This document shows positions 11,510 through 21,750 of a stretch of DNA of 64,000 nt, one piece after another. The notes beneath the pieces are model-generated. The model saw only the letters and a list, made by a program, of their open reading frames with translations. It made no database searches and was not told where the DNA came from. A program made the translations under genes and the position numbers. Positions within the stretch are counted from its first letter, which is position 1, and the number at the start of each line of letters is the position of its first letter. The DNA comes from Ostreococcus lucimarinus (Eukaryota): the NCBI GenBank assembly GCA_000092065.1, contig CP000583.1; one strand, written 5' to 3'.

Positions 11510-12997
11510 TTAATCACCGTTCTCCCACACGAGCATGGTGCGCTTGCCGACCATGACATCGACGAGTTGTCCAAGACGCGTGAACACGGACTCTTGCACG
11601 TAGGGGACACCATACTTCTCGCACACAGCCTTGACGCGCGGCTGCATGTTTTGGTACGCGCGCATGGACATGTCCGGGAACATGTGGTGCTCGATTTGGT
11701 AGTTCAACCAGCCGTGCATGAAATCGTTCGCATCGCCGCCAGTCTTGAAGTTCGCGGAGCCGATCACCGCGCGGAGGTAGAAATCATCCGAACGAGGCTT
11801 CGTTTCCGTCTCGAATCGGTAGATGTCGTCGCCGACGTGGTTGGTGGCGATGATGATGAACGAGTGAACGTTCGTCATAACGTCCGCGAGGACGGAAGTC
11901 ATGAACCAGGCGAGCGCAGCCTTCGGGCCGCCGATGGCGTAGCCAATCGCCGGCAGTGCGGCGAAAGACCAGAGCGCGTATGGAGCGAAGCACTTGATGG
12001 TTTCAGACACAGCAGCAAACTCGCCCTTGAACGCGCCTTGAGCGACCGTGAGAACGGTTGACGGAAGGCTGCCAGTCTTGAACGGGTTTGGCTTGGAGTT
12101 ACCAGCCTTGGCGGCTTCACGCTCCTTACGCGCGAGAAGTTCCTTCAACGTGTTCGGCGCGTAGTAAAACCACTTCCAGACGAGCGCGAGACCAGCGACT
12201 TGGAGATAACGCGACACCATCGGGGTGTTACCTTCGCGGAGCTCTTGCATGTTGCGCTCAACGAGATCCGGATCCGCATCTTCGCCGAGTTGATAATGGT
12301 GCAAGTGGTTGTGTTCTACGTCCCACGCCTCTGGGAGCATCCAATCCATCCAATCGGTGCATCGTCGCCACAAACCGCGCGCAAACTTTCTGCGGTGGAA
12401 TCGACCAGTGACTTCCCCGTTCGTGCTCTGCGCCGCGTTGTAACCACCGTGGCACGTGTGGTGACCGACCATAGTCCATCTCGCGCAAATCGCAGTCGAC
12501 ATCATGAACGCCGCGATCGGATTCATCCCGTTCAACCAAGCCGGCATGTTCAAACCCACCATCGGCATCGCCGTCAGCGCCGCCAACCCGCCAAAGTAGC
12601 ACAGGTTCGCCCACGTCAAAATCTTCTTCAAGTGCTTCACATCCTCCTCGAAGTGTTCCGGCGCCTTGAATTCCTTCTCTATCGCGCGCATTTCCGCCGC
12701 CCATCCCGCGAGATCGAGGTTCTCACGCCACTTCCCCGTCTCGTTGTACGTCATCGTCGTCATCGTCGCCAGAGAGTCAGAGCCGCTCGCCGCGCCGTCG
12801 ATCGCGATCGCCTTGTTCGCGCACGCATTCGCCCCGCGGTTCACGTCCCGCGTCGCGTTCGCGGAGATCGCACCAGCGCGCGCGATCGCGCGCGGCGTTT
12901 GCGCGACGCGTTGACGCGTCGTCGTCGCGCGCGCGCCGTTCGCGCGCGCCGCGGTCGGGCGCGCCGTCAACGTTCGCATCGCGAACGCGCTCATCGT
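11510..12997 (-). CDS. Membrane fatty-acid desaturase with front-end-type His boxes (HHTCH / HNHLHH / QIEHHMFP), no cytochrome b5 domain, Ala/Arg/Thr-rich presumed plastid transit peptide
   Basis: Three histidine boxes with QIEHH third box; N-terminus MSAFAMRTLTARPTAARANGARATTT transit-peptide-like; ORF-track start 13201 is GTG, first ATG ~12997. Confidence 0.7.
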   Translation of the reverse strand, partial: TMSAFAMRTLTARPTAARANGARATTTRQRVAQTPRAIARAGAISANATRDVNRGANACANKAIAIDGAASGSDSLATMTTMTYNETGKWRENLDLAGWAAEMRAIEKEFKAPEHFEEDVKHLKKILTWANLCYFGGLAALTAMPMVGLNMPAWLNGMNPIAAFMMSTAICARWTMVGHHTCHGGYNAAQSTNGEVTGRFHRRKFARGLWRRCTDWMDWMLPEAWDVEHNHLHHYQLGEDADPDLVERNMQELREGNTPMVSRYLQVAGLALVWKWFYYAPNTLKELLARKEREAAKAGNSKPNPFKTGSLPSTVLTVAQGAFKGEFAAVSETIKCFAPYALWSFAALPAIGYAIGGPKAALAWFMTSVLADVMTNVHSFIIIATNHVGDDIYRFETETKPRSDDFYLRAVIGSANFKTGGDANDFMHGWLNYQIEHHMFPDMSMRAYQNMQPRVKAVCEKYGVPYVQESVFTRLGQLVDVMVGKRTMLVWENGD

Positions 12998-13570
12998 CGT
13001 CTGTGCGGCGTTCGAGATCGAACGTGCGATCGCGGGCGTTGACGAAGGCGTCTTCGTCGTCGGCTTCGCGCGCGGGCGTCGGTCGGACGCGTCGCTGTGC
13101 CGCGCGAGCGTCGGCGGCGGGGCGCCAATCTTATCTCGGCGCGCGCGTGACGTCGTCGTCGTTCGATTTAATGGGTAGTCGGTGTGTTCGTATGCGTGCA
13201 CGCGGGCACTGTTTTTTTTCGGACATACGGGTCAGTCATTATCAGTTGTGTGCTGTTTATGTAAATACCCGGAATCGACGTCATTGGGTATAAGTCCGAA
13301 TGTCCGATTTTGCGGCTGAGGACGGAGTGATGGATGTAAATTTGAACCGATGGTGATGAAACTCCGCGAAATCACGCGTAATCAACGGTCGAAAATGGCT
13401 AGACGCCGCGCGCGCGGGCGCGCCGTGTCGGTCCGGCCGCAAAGATATGATTCAAAGTCTCGGTCGGTCGCGCGGCGGAGAGCGCGGGGAGGAAGTCTGG
13501 CTCGCGCGCGCGAAGGATCGCGCGCGAGAAAACTGTTTGCTTGTAAATAATCGTGGTGGTGATGATATTA

Positions 13571-14944
13571 TTATTCTTCAAACTCGGCGAAGAACGCGAT
13601 TGTGGATGTCAAGGCGTCGATGAAGGCGTCGACGTCGCTCGGGAGGTTGTAAAAGTAGAGGCTGGCGCGAGCGCTCCCGGGAACGTCGAGGTAACGGTGG
13701 AGGGGCTGAGTGCAGTGGTGACCGCTGCGACACGCGATTCCCGCTTGGTCTAGTAAGGTGCAAAGGTCGTTGGCGTGAATGCCGTCGACGTTGAAAGCGC
13801 AAAGCGAGGCTCGGCCGCGCGCGGGCGGAGGGCCGTATATCGTCACTCCAGGGACGGCGGAGAGCTTTTCGTACAGGTACGTCCCGATCTCGATCTCGTA
13901 GTCGTGGATTCTATCCATGCCTATTTTTGTGAGGTAGTCGCACGCCTCGCCCAAGGCAATGGCCTCAGCTATCGCGGGCGTCCCAGCCTCGAACCGTGAC
14001 GGAGGTTCGGCGTACGTGCTCTTTTCGAGGTACACGTCGGCGATCATCTCGCCGCCTCCCATCCACGGCGGCATGGTCTCTAAGACGTCCATACGACCCC
14101 ACAAAAATCCGATACCAGTCGGTCCGCACATTTTGTGCGAGCTACCCACGATCCAATCCGCACCGAGCGCTTGCACGTCCACCTTCATGTGCGGCAAGCT
14201 TTGGCACGCGTCGAGAAGCACCTTGGCGCCGACGCCTCGAGCGAGATCGATAATTTCCTTCACTGGTGCCACACCACCGGTGACATTACTCACGTGCGCC
14301 GTCGTGATGAGCCTCGTCTTTTCGTTCACCAAAGAGCGAAGCTGATCCATGTCCAGTTCCTGCGTATCCTTCGTCAATTCAACGAATTTCAACACGCACC
14401 CCGTCCGCTCAGCGAGCAGTTGCCACGGGACGATATTTGAGTGGTGCTCTAAAACGCTCAAAATTATCTCGTCACCGGCTTTGATGTGCTTGGTCCCCCA
14501 CGTGTTGGCCACCAGATTGATCGCCTCGCTCGCGTTTCTCGTGAAGACGATTTCCCTATCCGTCGTCGCGTTGACAAACGCCGCCACCTTTCTCCGCGAC
14601 AACTCGTACGCATCCGTGGCCTTGCTGCTCAGATAGTGCACCCCTCGATGGACATTGGAGTTATAATCCTTGTAGTAAAACATGTGCGCGTCGACGACTT
14701 GATTCGGCTTCTGGGACGTCGCCGCGTTGTCCAGATACACCAGCTGGGCGCCTGACTCTGTCTTTTGGTCGAGAATCGGAAAGTCTCCTCGTGTTTCCTC
14801 CCCCAGCGTCGACGTCGGCGCTTTCACCGCCGTCGCCGACGACGCAGCGCGTCGAACGCTCGCCGTCCGTTGCGTCGGCGAGACGCGGCGTCGCGGAGAC
14901 GACGTGGACGCGAACGCGGCGCGCGTGACGCCGGCCGCCGACAT
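13571..14944 (-). CDS. SUFS: Cysteine desulfurase SufS (plastid NFS2/CpNifS-type) with transit peptide
   Basis: [43 protein letters not shown] and C-terminal [11 protein letters not shown] motifs of group II SufS/CsdB. Confidence 0.9.
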   Translation of the reverse strand: MSAAGVTRAAFASTSSPRRRVSPTQRTASVRRAASSATAVKAPTSTLGEETRGDFPILDQKTESGAQLVYLDNAATSQKPNQVVDAHMFYYKDYNSNVHRGVHYLSSKATDAYELSRRKVAAFVNATTDREIVFTRNASEAINLVANTWGTKHIKAGDEIILSVLEHHSNIVPWQLLAERTGCVLKFVELTKDTQELDMDQLRSLVNEKTRLITTAHVSNVTGGVAPVKEIIDLARGVGAKVLLDACQSLPHMKVDVQALGADWIVGSSHKMCGPTGIGFLWGRMDVLETMPPWMGGGEMIADVYLEKSTYAEPPSRFEAGTPAIAEAIALGEACDYLTKIGMDRIHDYEIEIGTYLYEKLSAVPGVTIYGPPPARGRASLCAFNVDGIHANDLCTLLDQAGIACRSGHHCTQPLHRYLDVPGSARASLYFYNLPSDVDAFIDALTSTIAFFAEFEE

Positions 14945-15221
14945 GGGTGACGTCTTCGATTACGCGCTCGGTTCGCGCCTCGTGCGCGCGCTCGTGCCGA
15001 TGATGACTCGCGGGCGGGCGGGCGATCGGCGGTAACGCGTGCCGACCCGCGGTTTCGCGACGCACCGACGAGCGAACGCTGAGGTGTGCGGTGGGCGACG
15101 AAGAGAAGAACGTTTCTGAAGGGTGGCGACGCCGCACCCGAGTGGGTCTCGGATACAATGTTTTCGTCGAGAACGCGGGCTAAGACGCTCTGATGCGTCG
15201 TGAATCGTGAACCATGTGCGA

Positions 15222-18200
15222 TTATCGTGCGATGTCGGATTTTTCCATGTACTGGTACCCGGTGGGCAAGTCGCGATTGACCTTGTCCGCCTCGGGGGAC
15301 GTCAGGAGGGCGTCGCGAGGGAGCGCTCCGCCACGCAACGCACCGGTGTTTCGGGCTTGACCGCGCTGACCCGGTAGAAGATCGTCAAAGTTTTCTTCGG
15401 AATCGAACCCTGCGAGCGAAGAACCAGGGACACTACCAGGAAGCCTGTTGGCTTGTTGAAGATTGCTTCGAGTTTTCTTCGTCTTCGCCTTGGCGCTCGA
15501 CGGGAGTCCGCCAAAGGCGGCTCGCTTTTGTGTGTCTTTCGCGCGCATCGTCTCCCGGATCCGACGCATGGCTCCGTTCATTGGCGACACTCCGGTTGTA
15601 CCACCAGATAACGTGCGCTGCAAACCTCCAGATAGCTGTCTCTCTAACGGCGACTGATTGTACATTTCAACGAGCGCTGGAACAGGGTCTCCCACAAGGT
15701 TGACTGCGAGATCCTTTTCGCGTTCAGAACGCGAATGTTTCTCGCAAAAAGCAGTGAATCTTTTCTTGGAGTGGTCGACTGCGCGCATATGACACGCTGC
15801 TCGTCGGCAGCAGAGTGGATGAAAGACGGTTTGACAGTGCCCAAAGCAACAACGCATGAGCGTTCCATGCGAACGCGTACAGTATGTGCAAGACGCGTTG
15901 CGGCGCTCGCGAGGCACGTCCTCGATATTCACAGGTCTGATCACCGCTACGTGATTCATGATCCTATCGAACAAGTGCGCCTCGGGGACCCATTTCGCGC
16001 ACGCGACGTGACACCACTGGTTCCCGGTCAGCGTCTTCTTGAAGGCGCCCATTTTCACCGGGCAAAGCGTGCACTCCACTCCGCGGTAAAGAGCCAACTT
16101 GCCTTGTAACGTTATGCGCGACTTCTTTGAAGTCTTTGGAATTGCAGTGCCTGCTAACACGGCTGCATTGCACACAAAACACAACCACTTGGGATCCTTG
16201 ACATAAGCGTCACCCGTGATTCCGTAACAGTGCGGGTGCACGATAAGTTCACACTGCGAACACTTCATTGTTTCTTCCATCTTCTCCGCTTCTTCAGTCC
16301 CAGCACAGACACAGCAAGCTTTGTTATCGGACACGGCATGGAACGGATCCAGAAGAATCGATGACATCGGTGAACGAATCGGAGACGCTCCAAGAACAGG
16401 GGATCCGCTTCGAGGCGTGCCAGACAGGCTAAAAGACTTGAGGTGACTCGATGTGGTGGGGTCGAAGTTCGCGAGACCGAACATTTTTTTCACCCGACTT
16501 GGTGCCGCTTCTATTGCTTTCATCACCGCTTGGGTAGTCGGGGGCTTGTATGTTGGTATCAGGCTCTTCGGGTCGGGTGCCACTATTGCGGCTGAACCCA
16601 TCTCGCGTTTCGGTTTTGATTCGCGTCGCCCATCACCCACTGCTGCTTTGGCTCGCTCCAGTGCTGCCAGCTGGTCCGCTTCGCGCTTCTCTTTCTTCTG
16701 TTGACGTTTGACCTCTCTGATTCCCGACATGTACGTCGCGGCCTCATCGAGCTTTGCCTTGCGCTTTGCTTGTTCGTCGTTGTCCGACTCGATTCCGCTA
16801 GCTATTTTCTCTTGTGCCCTCTTGAGTTTCTGCCTGTTCGACTGTAGTTGCCAAAGAAGTTCATATTGAAGCGCAAGAATCTCTGCTTCTACTTCGTCTT
16901 TTGGAGCGCACGCCAAGAGCGTCGGGTTCGAACGCCAAGCGTCTTCAATTCGTTGCAACTCATCCTTTGCCGATGGACCGCCTTGTACACGGTTGGCGCG
17001 AGACGGCGCCCCAGGTAGTTGCAAATCTTTCGACTCGCCACTTTTCTTGAGACAATTCACGCTTCCTTCACTTGTACCGCATTTGCTCGACAACGTTTTC
17101 AATCTCACGCACACCGCGCATGGTTGAGATCCCCCCGAGCAACCTTGCTTGGGACCACTGGGAGTCTGTGAGGTAGACTCTTTGAGCCTGAACGCCTTGT
17201 CGAGCAAAATTTCCGTGTGAATGGCCATCGTCTCTTCTGTACAGCCTTGCTCAAAATGTTTCAGCTCTCCATCGATCCCAAATGCCGTTGTGCATTCGTA
17301 TCCGGTCTTTTCTCGCACATCCATATCCTTGTCACCGCCCAATTCTTCGTGCTCATCCCGAACGGGGTCGTTACCCACGACGGTCGTTCCCGCGCTGGAC
17401 GGTGAGTCGTCGATCCCTTGGCCGCCACTTAACGCTTGCTCGCTCGTAGTCGTCATATTTGTGAGGTTTGAAGGTACGTTAACGAGCCCGTAAGACGCTG
17501 CCATGTCTAGATTTTGCTCTGGGAAAATCATGTTTTTATCCAACTTTTTCTTCGCCTTGGTCGCCTCTTCTCGACGAGCATCTTGACGCGTATTCACGTG
17601 CGAAGCGCTCTCGTGACGAAGCCACATACGAAGGCACGACAACAGTTCGTCGGTGTCCGAGTTTTCACTCTTTATTTCGATCCCATTCTTGCTGCGTTTG
17701 CTATTGGTCTTGTTTTCGTACTTTCCAAGCCAGGCCTTCAACGCCGCGAGCGTTACTCTTGAAAATTTCGCAATCTCACGCATTTTTTCGCTCTCATCCC
17801 CCACTAAACTAACTAAAACTCTAATCGTCATCGCGACGTGTTCTGGTGGTAGATTCTGTACCAAATCGATCCCCTGTTCGTGTTCCTGCAACGGCGGTAT
17901 GACGAAGGGTTGCGTAGGTACGGCTGGAATAGTCCCGACAATGTGGTTCTTCTCCTCAAGTTTAATCGGCGAAGTCGGTGCCGATGTCGATGCGTGACTC
18001 TGATCTCCTTTTCTTCGGTACGTCAAACCGGGAATGGGAATTCCAATCTTGTCCTCTCCGACTTCATAATCCGGACCGACGCACGTAGTGTTCAGCGCGC
18101 TGTCAAACGTCCAAGGAGTGGCGGGCGCGATCCGAGCCAAGTCCGTCGCGTGAACCGGTCGAAAGAAATCTTCTGCATATCTCCACCAGGGCGCAACCTT

Positions 18201-18248
18201 CCGCGCCTCTTTTTCCTCCTCTACCCCGAGTCCGAACGTGCGTTTTCT
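15222..18248 (-). CDS. PZP-module protein (PHD finger - Zn knuckle - extended PHD; BRPF/JADE/AF10-like), main exon
   Basis: CCVCAGTEE..KCSQCELIVHPHCYG (PHD), CTLCP..GAFKKT..WCHVACAKW (Zn knuckle), ASCTYCTRSHGTLMRCCFGHCQTVFHPLCC (ePHD); ORF-track start is TTG so the true 5' end lies upstream. Confidence 0.7.
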   Translation of the reverse strand, partial: RKRTFGLGVEEEKEARKVAPWWRYAEDFFRPVHATDLARIAPATPWTFDSALNTTCVGPDYEVGEDKIGIPIPGLTYRRKGDQSHASTSAPTSPIKLEEKNHIVGTIPAVPTQPFVIPPLQEHEQGIDLVQNLPPEHVAMTIRVLVSLVGDESEKMREIAKFSRVTLAALKAWLGKYENKTNSKRSKNGIEIKSENSDTDELLSCLRMWLRHESASHVNTRQDARREEATKAKKKLDKNMIFPEQNLDMAASYGLVNVPSNLTNMTTTSEQALSGGQGIDDSPSSAGTTVVGNDPVRDEHEELGGDKDMDVREKTGYECTTAFGIDGELKHFEQGCTEETMAIHTEILLDKAFRLKESTSQTPSGPKQGCSGGSQPCAVCVRLKTLSSKCGTSEGSVNCLKKSGESKDLQLPGAPSRANRVQGGPSAKDELQRIEDAWRSNPTLLACAPKDEVEAEILALQYELLWQLQSNRQKLKRAQEKIASGIESDNDEQAKRKAKLDEAATYMSGIREVKRQQKKEKREADQLAALERAKAAVGDGRRESKPKREMGSAAIVAPDPKSLIPTYKPPTTQAVMKAIEAAPSRVKKMFGLANFDPTTSSHLKSFSLSGTPRSGSPVLGASPIRSPMSSILLDPFHAVSDNKACCVCAGTEEAEKMEETMKCSQCELIVHPHCYGITGDAYVKDPKWLCFVCNAAVLAGTAIPKTSKKSRITLQGKLALYRGVECTLCPVKMGAFKKTLTGNQWCHVACAKWVPEAHLFDRIMNHVAVIRPVNIEDVPRERRNASCTYCTRSHGTLMRCCFGHCQTVFHPLCCRRAACHMRAVDHSKKRFTAFCEKHSRSEREKDLAVNLVGDPVPALVEMYNQSPLERQLSGGLQRTLSGGTTGVSPMNGAMRRIRETMRAKDTQKRAAFGGLPSSAKAKTKKTRSNLQQANRLPGSVPGSSLAGFDSEENFDDLLPGQRGQARNTGALRGGALPRDALLTSPEADKVNRDLPTGYQYMEKSDIAR

Positions 18249-18364
18249 CTGCGTACGATGAAAGTCTCGTCAGTCGCCCGTTCTACGAGCCCAAATATTT
18301 CTCCTGATTCGCGCGATCATTTCTCAATCCTCTATCACCACGGCGCTAGTCGTAAGGAACATAC

Positions 18365-18577
18365 CGTCGAAGCCTTAGCCGCTGCCTTTTTCTCAATCTC
18401 ATCCAAGCTCACCGCCTCTGACACCGTGTACGGCGACCGCAGCCTCGGCGCACCGGGGCAACTCTTCGGCAGCAATGCGGCGACGTTCTTGAGATCTTTC
18501 TCCAGTCTGTCGATCGCATCCCTCACGGGTACACCATCCAAGGCTTTGAAGTCCCTCCCAGACGCGTTGGCGGGCAT
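18365..18577 (-). CDS. Probable 5' exon of the PZP-PHD gene (MPANASGRDFKALDGVPVRDAIDRLEKDLKNVAALLPK...)
   Basis: ATG at 18577, non-repetitive composition, phase-0 donor ACG|GTATGT at ~18364, branch GACTGACGAG, acceptor CAG at ~18249; joins in frame (108 nt, no stops) to the TTG-initiated main ORF. Confidence 0.45.
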
Positions 18578-18894
18578 GACTGCGACGTCACGTGTCGTTT
18601 TCTGTCCCGTCGCGCGTTCGTTCGACGATCCCCGTCGCCCCTTTTACGCCCTCGCGCGACGCCTCCTCGATATCGATCGCCGCGCGCGCGCGACGAACAA
18701 TCTCGATCACTTTCGCGTCGAACGTTCGCGAGCGGCGAGCGCGCGCGCGTCGCGATCGCCCGCGCGGCGCGACGTGTGGGATGAATGCGCGTCCCACGCG
18801 CGTCCCACACGTCCCTCGTCCAGCCTGCGCCGTCGGACCTCGATGCCGCGATCGATCGCGACCAAACTCGATCGACGCGTCTCTCGATGGACGA

Positions 18895-19090
18895 AAGTCG
18901 GTTCATTCGATCGATCGATCGATCGATCGATCGATCGATCTACACACGCGTCTCTCGATCGACGGAAGTGGGTTCAATCAATCGATCGATCGATCTACAC
19001 GTCTGTCGATCGACGTCGATCGATGTTTCGTCGACGCGAGTAGGTTCAATCGATCGATCGATCTACGCGTGCGTCGATCGACTTTCTAGA
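18895..19090. repeat. Three tandem ~65-bp units each containing a (GATC)4-8 tetranucleotide microsatellite
   Basis: ttcaatcgatcgatcgatcgatc...tacacg..gtcgatcgac repeated three times; lies in the divergent promoter region between the PZP-PHD gene and tRNA-IPT. Confidence 0.8.
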
Positions 19091-19278
19091 TGGTTCAGAC
19101 GGTTCACGCAAAAAACGCCGATCGATCGAACCCGATCGACGAGATTCGCATTTCGATCCCATGATCGATCGACTCGCTGAGCTTCGCGTGCGATCGATCG
19201 CGAAACCGCGCGACATCGCTCCCCTGGCGACCGGCTGCGCGGCACTTTCGCGCGCGCCGCGCGCGCGAGTCACCGCGA

Positions 19279-20601
19279 ATGCCGTCGCCACCGCGCGTGA
19301 TCGTGATCGTTGGTCCCACGGGGTCGGGAAAGTCCCGATTGGCCGTAGAACTTGCCCGCGCGCTCGGGGGAGACGTCATCAATGCGGACGCGTTGCAATT
19401 TCACGACTCGCTGCCAATCTGTACGGCGCGCGTTCGAGAAGATGAAATGGAAGGCGTGCGACATCATCTAGTTGGGTGCGTGAAATACGGTGAATACTTC
19501 GATGTGCGCGCGTTTCGAGCGCGCGCGGGATCGATCGTGCGCGAGTGCGTGGGTGAAGGGAGGTCGGTAATTGTGGTGGGCGGGAGCAACTACTACGCTC
19601 AAGCGCTCGTGTCCGACTCGCTGATGGATGTCAGAGATAGAGAAGAAGAAGAATGTATCAGTGATAAGAGTTTTATCGATGACATAGGACCGAATGGTGG
19701 ACGCCGAACGGCTGCCGAAGATGGAACGGTTGGCGTTGACGCGTCGACGGCGTACGCTCGGCTCGCCGAGGTTGATCCTGAGAGCGCTCAGAGACTTCAC
19801 CCGAACGATATCCGACGTGTTCGCCGGTATTTGGAAATCTTTGATACCACTGGTGAACGTCCGAGCGATGTATTCAAGCGAGAGCGCACTATGAAGAAGT
19901 TTGTGAGCCAATTTGACGTACTCGGTTGCCGGACCATCTTCATCGCGTTGAAATGTGACTCGAAAGTTCTTGACGAGATTCTTCGAGCGAGAGTCCTGTC
20001 CATGGTTGAAAACGGGTTGGTCGATGAACTGGAGCAGTTTGCGCGCTGTCATGGCGTTGAATCTCCGGACGGTGCTCGGGGAGACGTCCGTCAGGCGATC
20101 GGTTACGCGGAGTGGATGCCATACTTGCAAGCCAAAGTTAAAATGGACTCGACGCCTTGTGTCGACAGCGAACTCGCATCAATGCGTGATGAAGCCATCG
20201 AGGCGACTGTACGGCACACTTGTCGTCTATCACGACGTCAACAGTCACGTTTGACGACCTTTGCGAAGCAATACGGTTGGCCCGTGAGATTCGTCGATGT
20301 ATCGGATTCGTTGAGTAAGTTCTGTTCGGAGCGCGCCGCCTTCAAAGATAGCTGGTACGCGAATGTCGTTCATCGTGCCCTAGAACTGTGCGAACATGAA
20401 GACGTCGTCGAATTAGACTCAGGAAACAGCTCAAAACAGGTCGCTGTGCACACGTGCGAGGCGTGTGGGAAAACGTTGCGAGGCGAAATCGAGTGGCGAG
20501 CCCACCTGAATGGCAGGCGCCACCGAAAGGCTTCTGCCAATGCGAGGAAACGCCAGAGACTTGAGTTTGGGACAAAACATCCAAGGTTAGGTAGACAATA
20601 G
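19279..20601 (+). CDS. MOD5: tRNA dimethylallyl (isopentenyl) transferase, eukaryotic MOD5/TRIT1 type with C-terminal matrin-type zinc finger
   Basis: P-loop VIVIVGPTGSGKSRLAVELA..INADALQFH and C-terminal CEACGKTLRGEIEWRAHLNGRRHRK zinc finger. Confidence 0.9.
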   Translation: MPSPPRVIVIVGPTGSGKSRLAVELARALGGDVINADALQFHDSLPICTARVREDEMEGVRHHLVGCVKYGEYFDVRAFRARAGSIVRECVGEGRSVIVVGGSNYYAQALVSDSLMDVRDREEEECISDKSFIDDIGPNGGRRTAAEDGTVGVDASTAYARLAEVDPESAQRLHPNDIRRVRRYLEIFDTTGERPSDVFKRERTMKKFVSQFDVLGCRTIFIALKCDSKVLDEILRARVLSMVENGLVDELEQFARCHGVESPDGARGDVRQAIGYAEWMPYLQAKVKMDSTPCVDSELASMRDEAIEATVRHTCRLSRRQQSRLTTFAKQYGWPVRFVDVSDSLSKFCSERAAFKDSWYANVVHRALELCEHEDVVELDSGNSSKQVAVHTCEACGKTLRGEIEWRAHLNGRRHRKASANARKRQRLEFGTKHPRLGRQ

Positions 20602-20673
20602 CGTTATAGATCATTAGAAGGATAGGCAAAATTGTTTTACAAACGCGTGTTGAACCGTAAATCGATTGAGGTT

Positions 20674-21501
20674 TCACGTTCCTGGAAGCTTAGGCACGAG
20701 CACCGGAGTCTTCCTTTTGTACGACTGATACCCCTCGTCCTTGCCCCATCTCTCATCGGCCATTCGTTCCAAAATTGGAATACCGCTCATCTTTGTCAGC
20801 AAGTAGGTGACGAAGAGTGGCGACGCAAACGCTCCGGCCGCTCGACCCGGATTCGACGCCGCCAAACCGTTGCAAGCGATTCCCGCGACCCCGAACCACA
20901 TGCAAATCTCGCCGAAGTAGTTCGGATGACGAGACAGGGACCACAAACCGTGCTTGATGTACTTGCCTTTGTTCGACTTGTCCGACTTGAAGGCAAACTT
21001 TTGTACGTCGGCGACGACTTCGAAGACGAACCCAAAGGCCCAAAACGCCGCCAGCGTCCAATCCACCGCGTTCAGATCCACCAATTGACCCGGAGACCCG
21101 TTCAACAGATACACCGGTAACGACGTCACCCACACCCACACGCCTTGGAGGAACCAATACACCGCGAACACCCCGGGCTTGTCCTTCACGCCGTCGAATC
21201 GCGAGTCCCCGCCGTCCCTGTGCGCCCTCGCGCCCAAGAATATCCCCAATCTCGCCGTCCACGCCATCGCGAGCGCGCTCGCGAGCTTCTGCCGCGGCAT
21301 CATCGCCGACGTCCCCAGCGTCAGCGCCGCCGTCGTCGCGAACGCCGCGCTCCCCAGAATGTCGTAAAACTTCTCCGTCCGCAGCGTCGCCGCCGCCGCC
21401 CAACCGACGAGCTGGATCCCAAAGTCCACGAGCGCCGCGCCGAGCATGCTCGACTGCATCGCGCCGCCGCCCATCCACGACAGCGCGTCCGCGCGCGTCA
21501 T
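20674..21501 (-). CDS. DUF1295 / steroid 5-alpha-reductase-like polytopic membrane protein
   Basis: Multiple TM helices and C-terminal KHGLWSLSRHPNYFGE motif typical of the DUF1295/ICMT-like fold; start MTRADALSWMGG at ~21501. Confidence 0.6.
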   Translation of the reverse strand: MTRADALSWMGGGAMQSSMLGAALVDFGIQLVGWAAAATLRTEKFYDILGSAAFATTAALTLGTSAMMPRQKLASALAMAWTARLGIFLGARAHRDGGDSRFDGVKDKPGVFAVYWFLQGVWVWVTSLPVYLLNGSPGQLVDLNAVDWTLAAFWAFGFVFEVVADVQKFAFKSDKSNKGKYIKHGLWSLSRHPNYFGEICMWFGVAGIACNGLAASNPGRAAGAFASPLFVTYLLTKMSGIPILERMADERWGKDEGYQSYKRKTPVLVPKLPGT

Positions 21502-21750
21502 CGCACGCGAGGGCGCGCGCGCGCGCGCGCCGAGCGACGTTCCCGCGCGCGTCGAACGCGCGCCCTCGCCCTCGCGTCCCGCGCGCCCTCGCGCCGCGCG
21601 CGCGCCGCGCTCGGGCGCGCGCGCGCGTCGACGCGCGCGCCAGGCGACGTCGCGCCGCGCGCCGTCGCCGAACCGCGAGAGCGCGCTCGCTCGACCGCCG
21701 AAGGGCGACATGTGCGGCGGGGCGTCATCCGCATTCGTCGACGCGACGCC

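Noticed and set aside
21145-21750. First ~200 codons of the 766-aa plus-strand ORF
   Set aside because: They overlap the DUF1295 membrane-protein gene on the minus strand and are R/P/A low complexity. The Trp-repeat protein most likely starts at ATG 21751.
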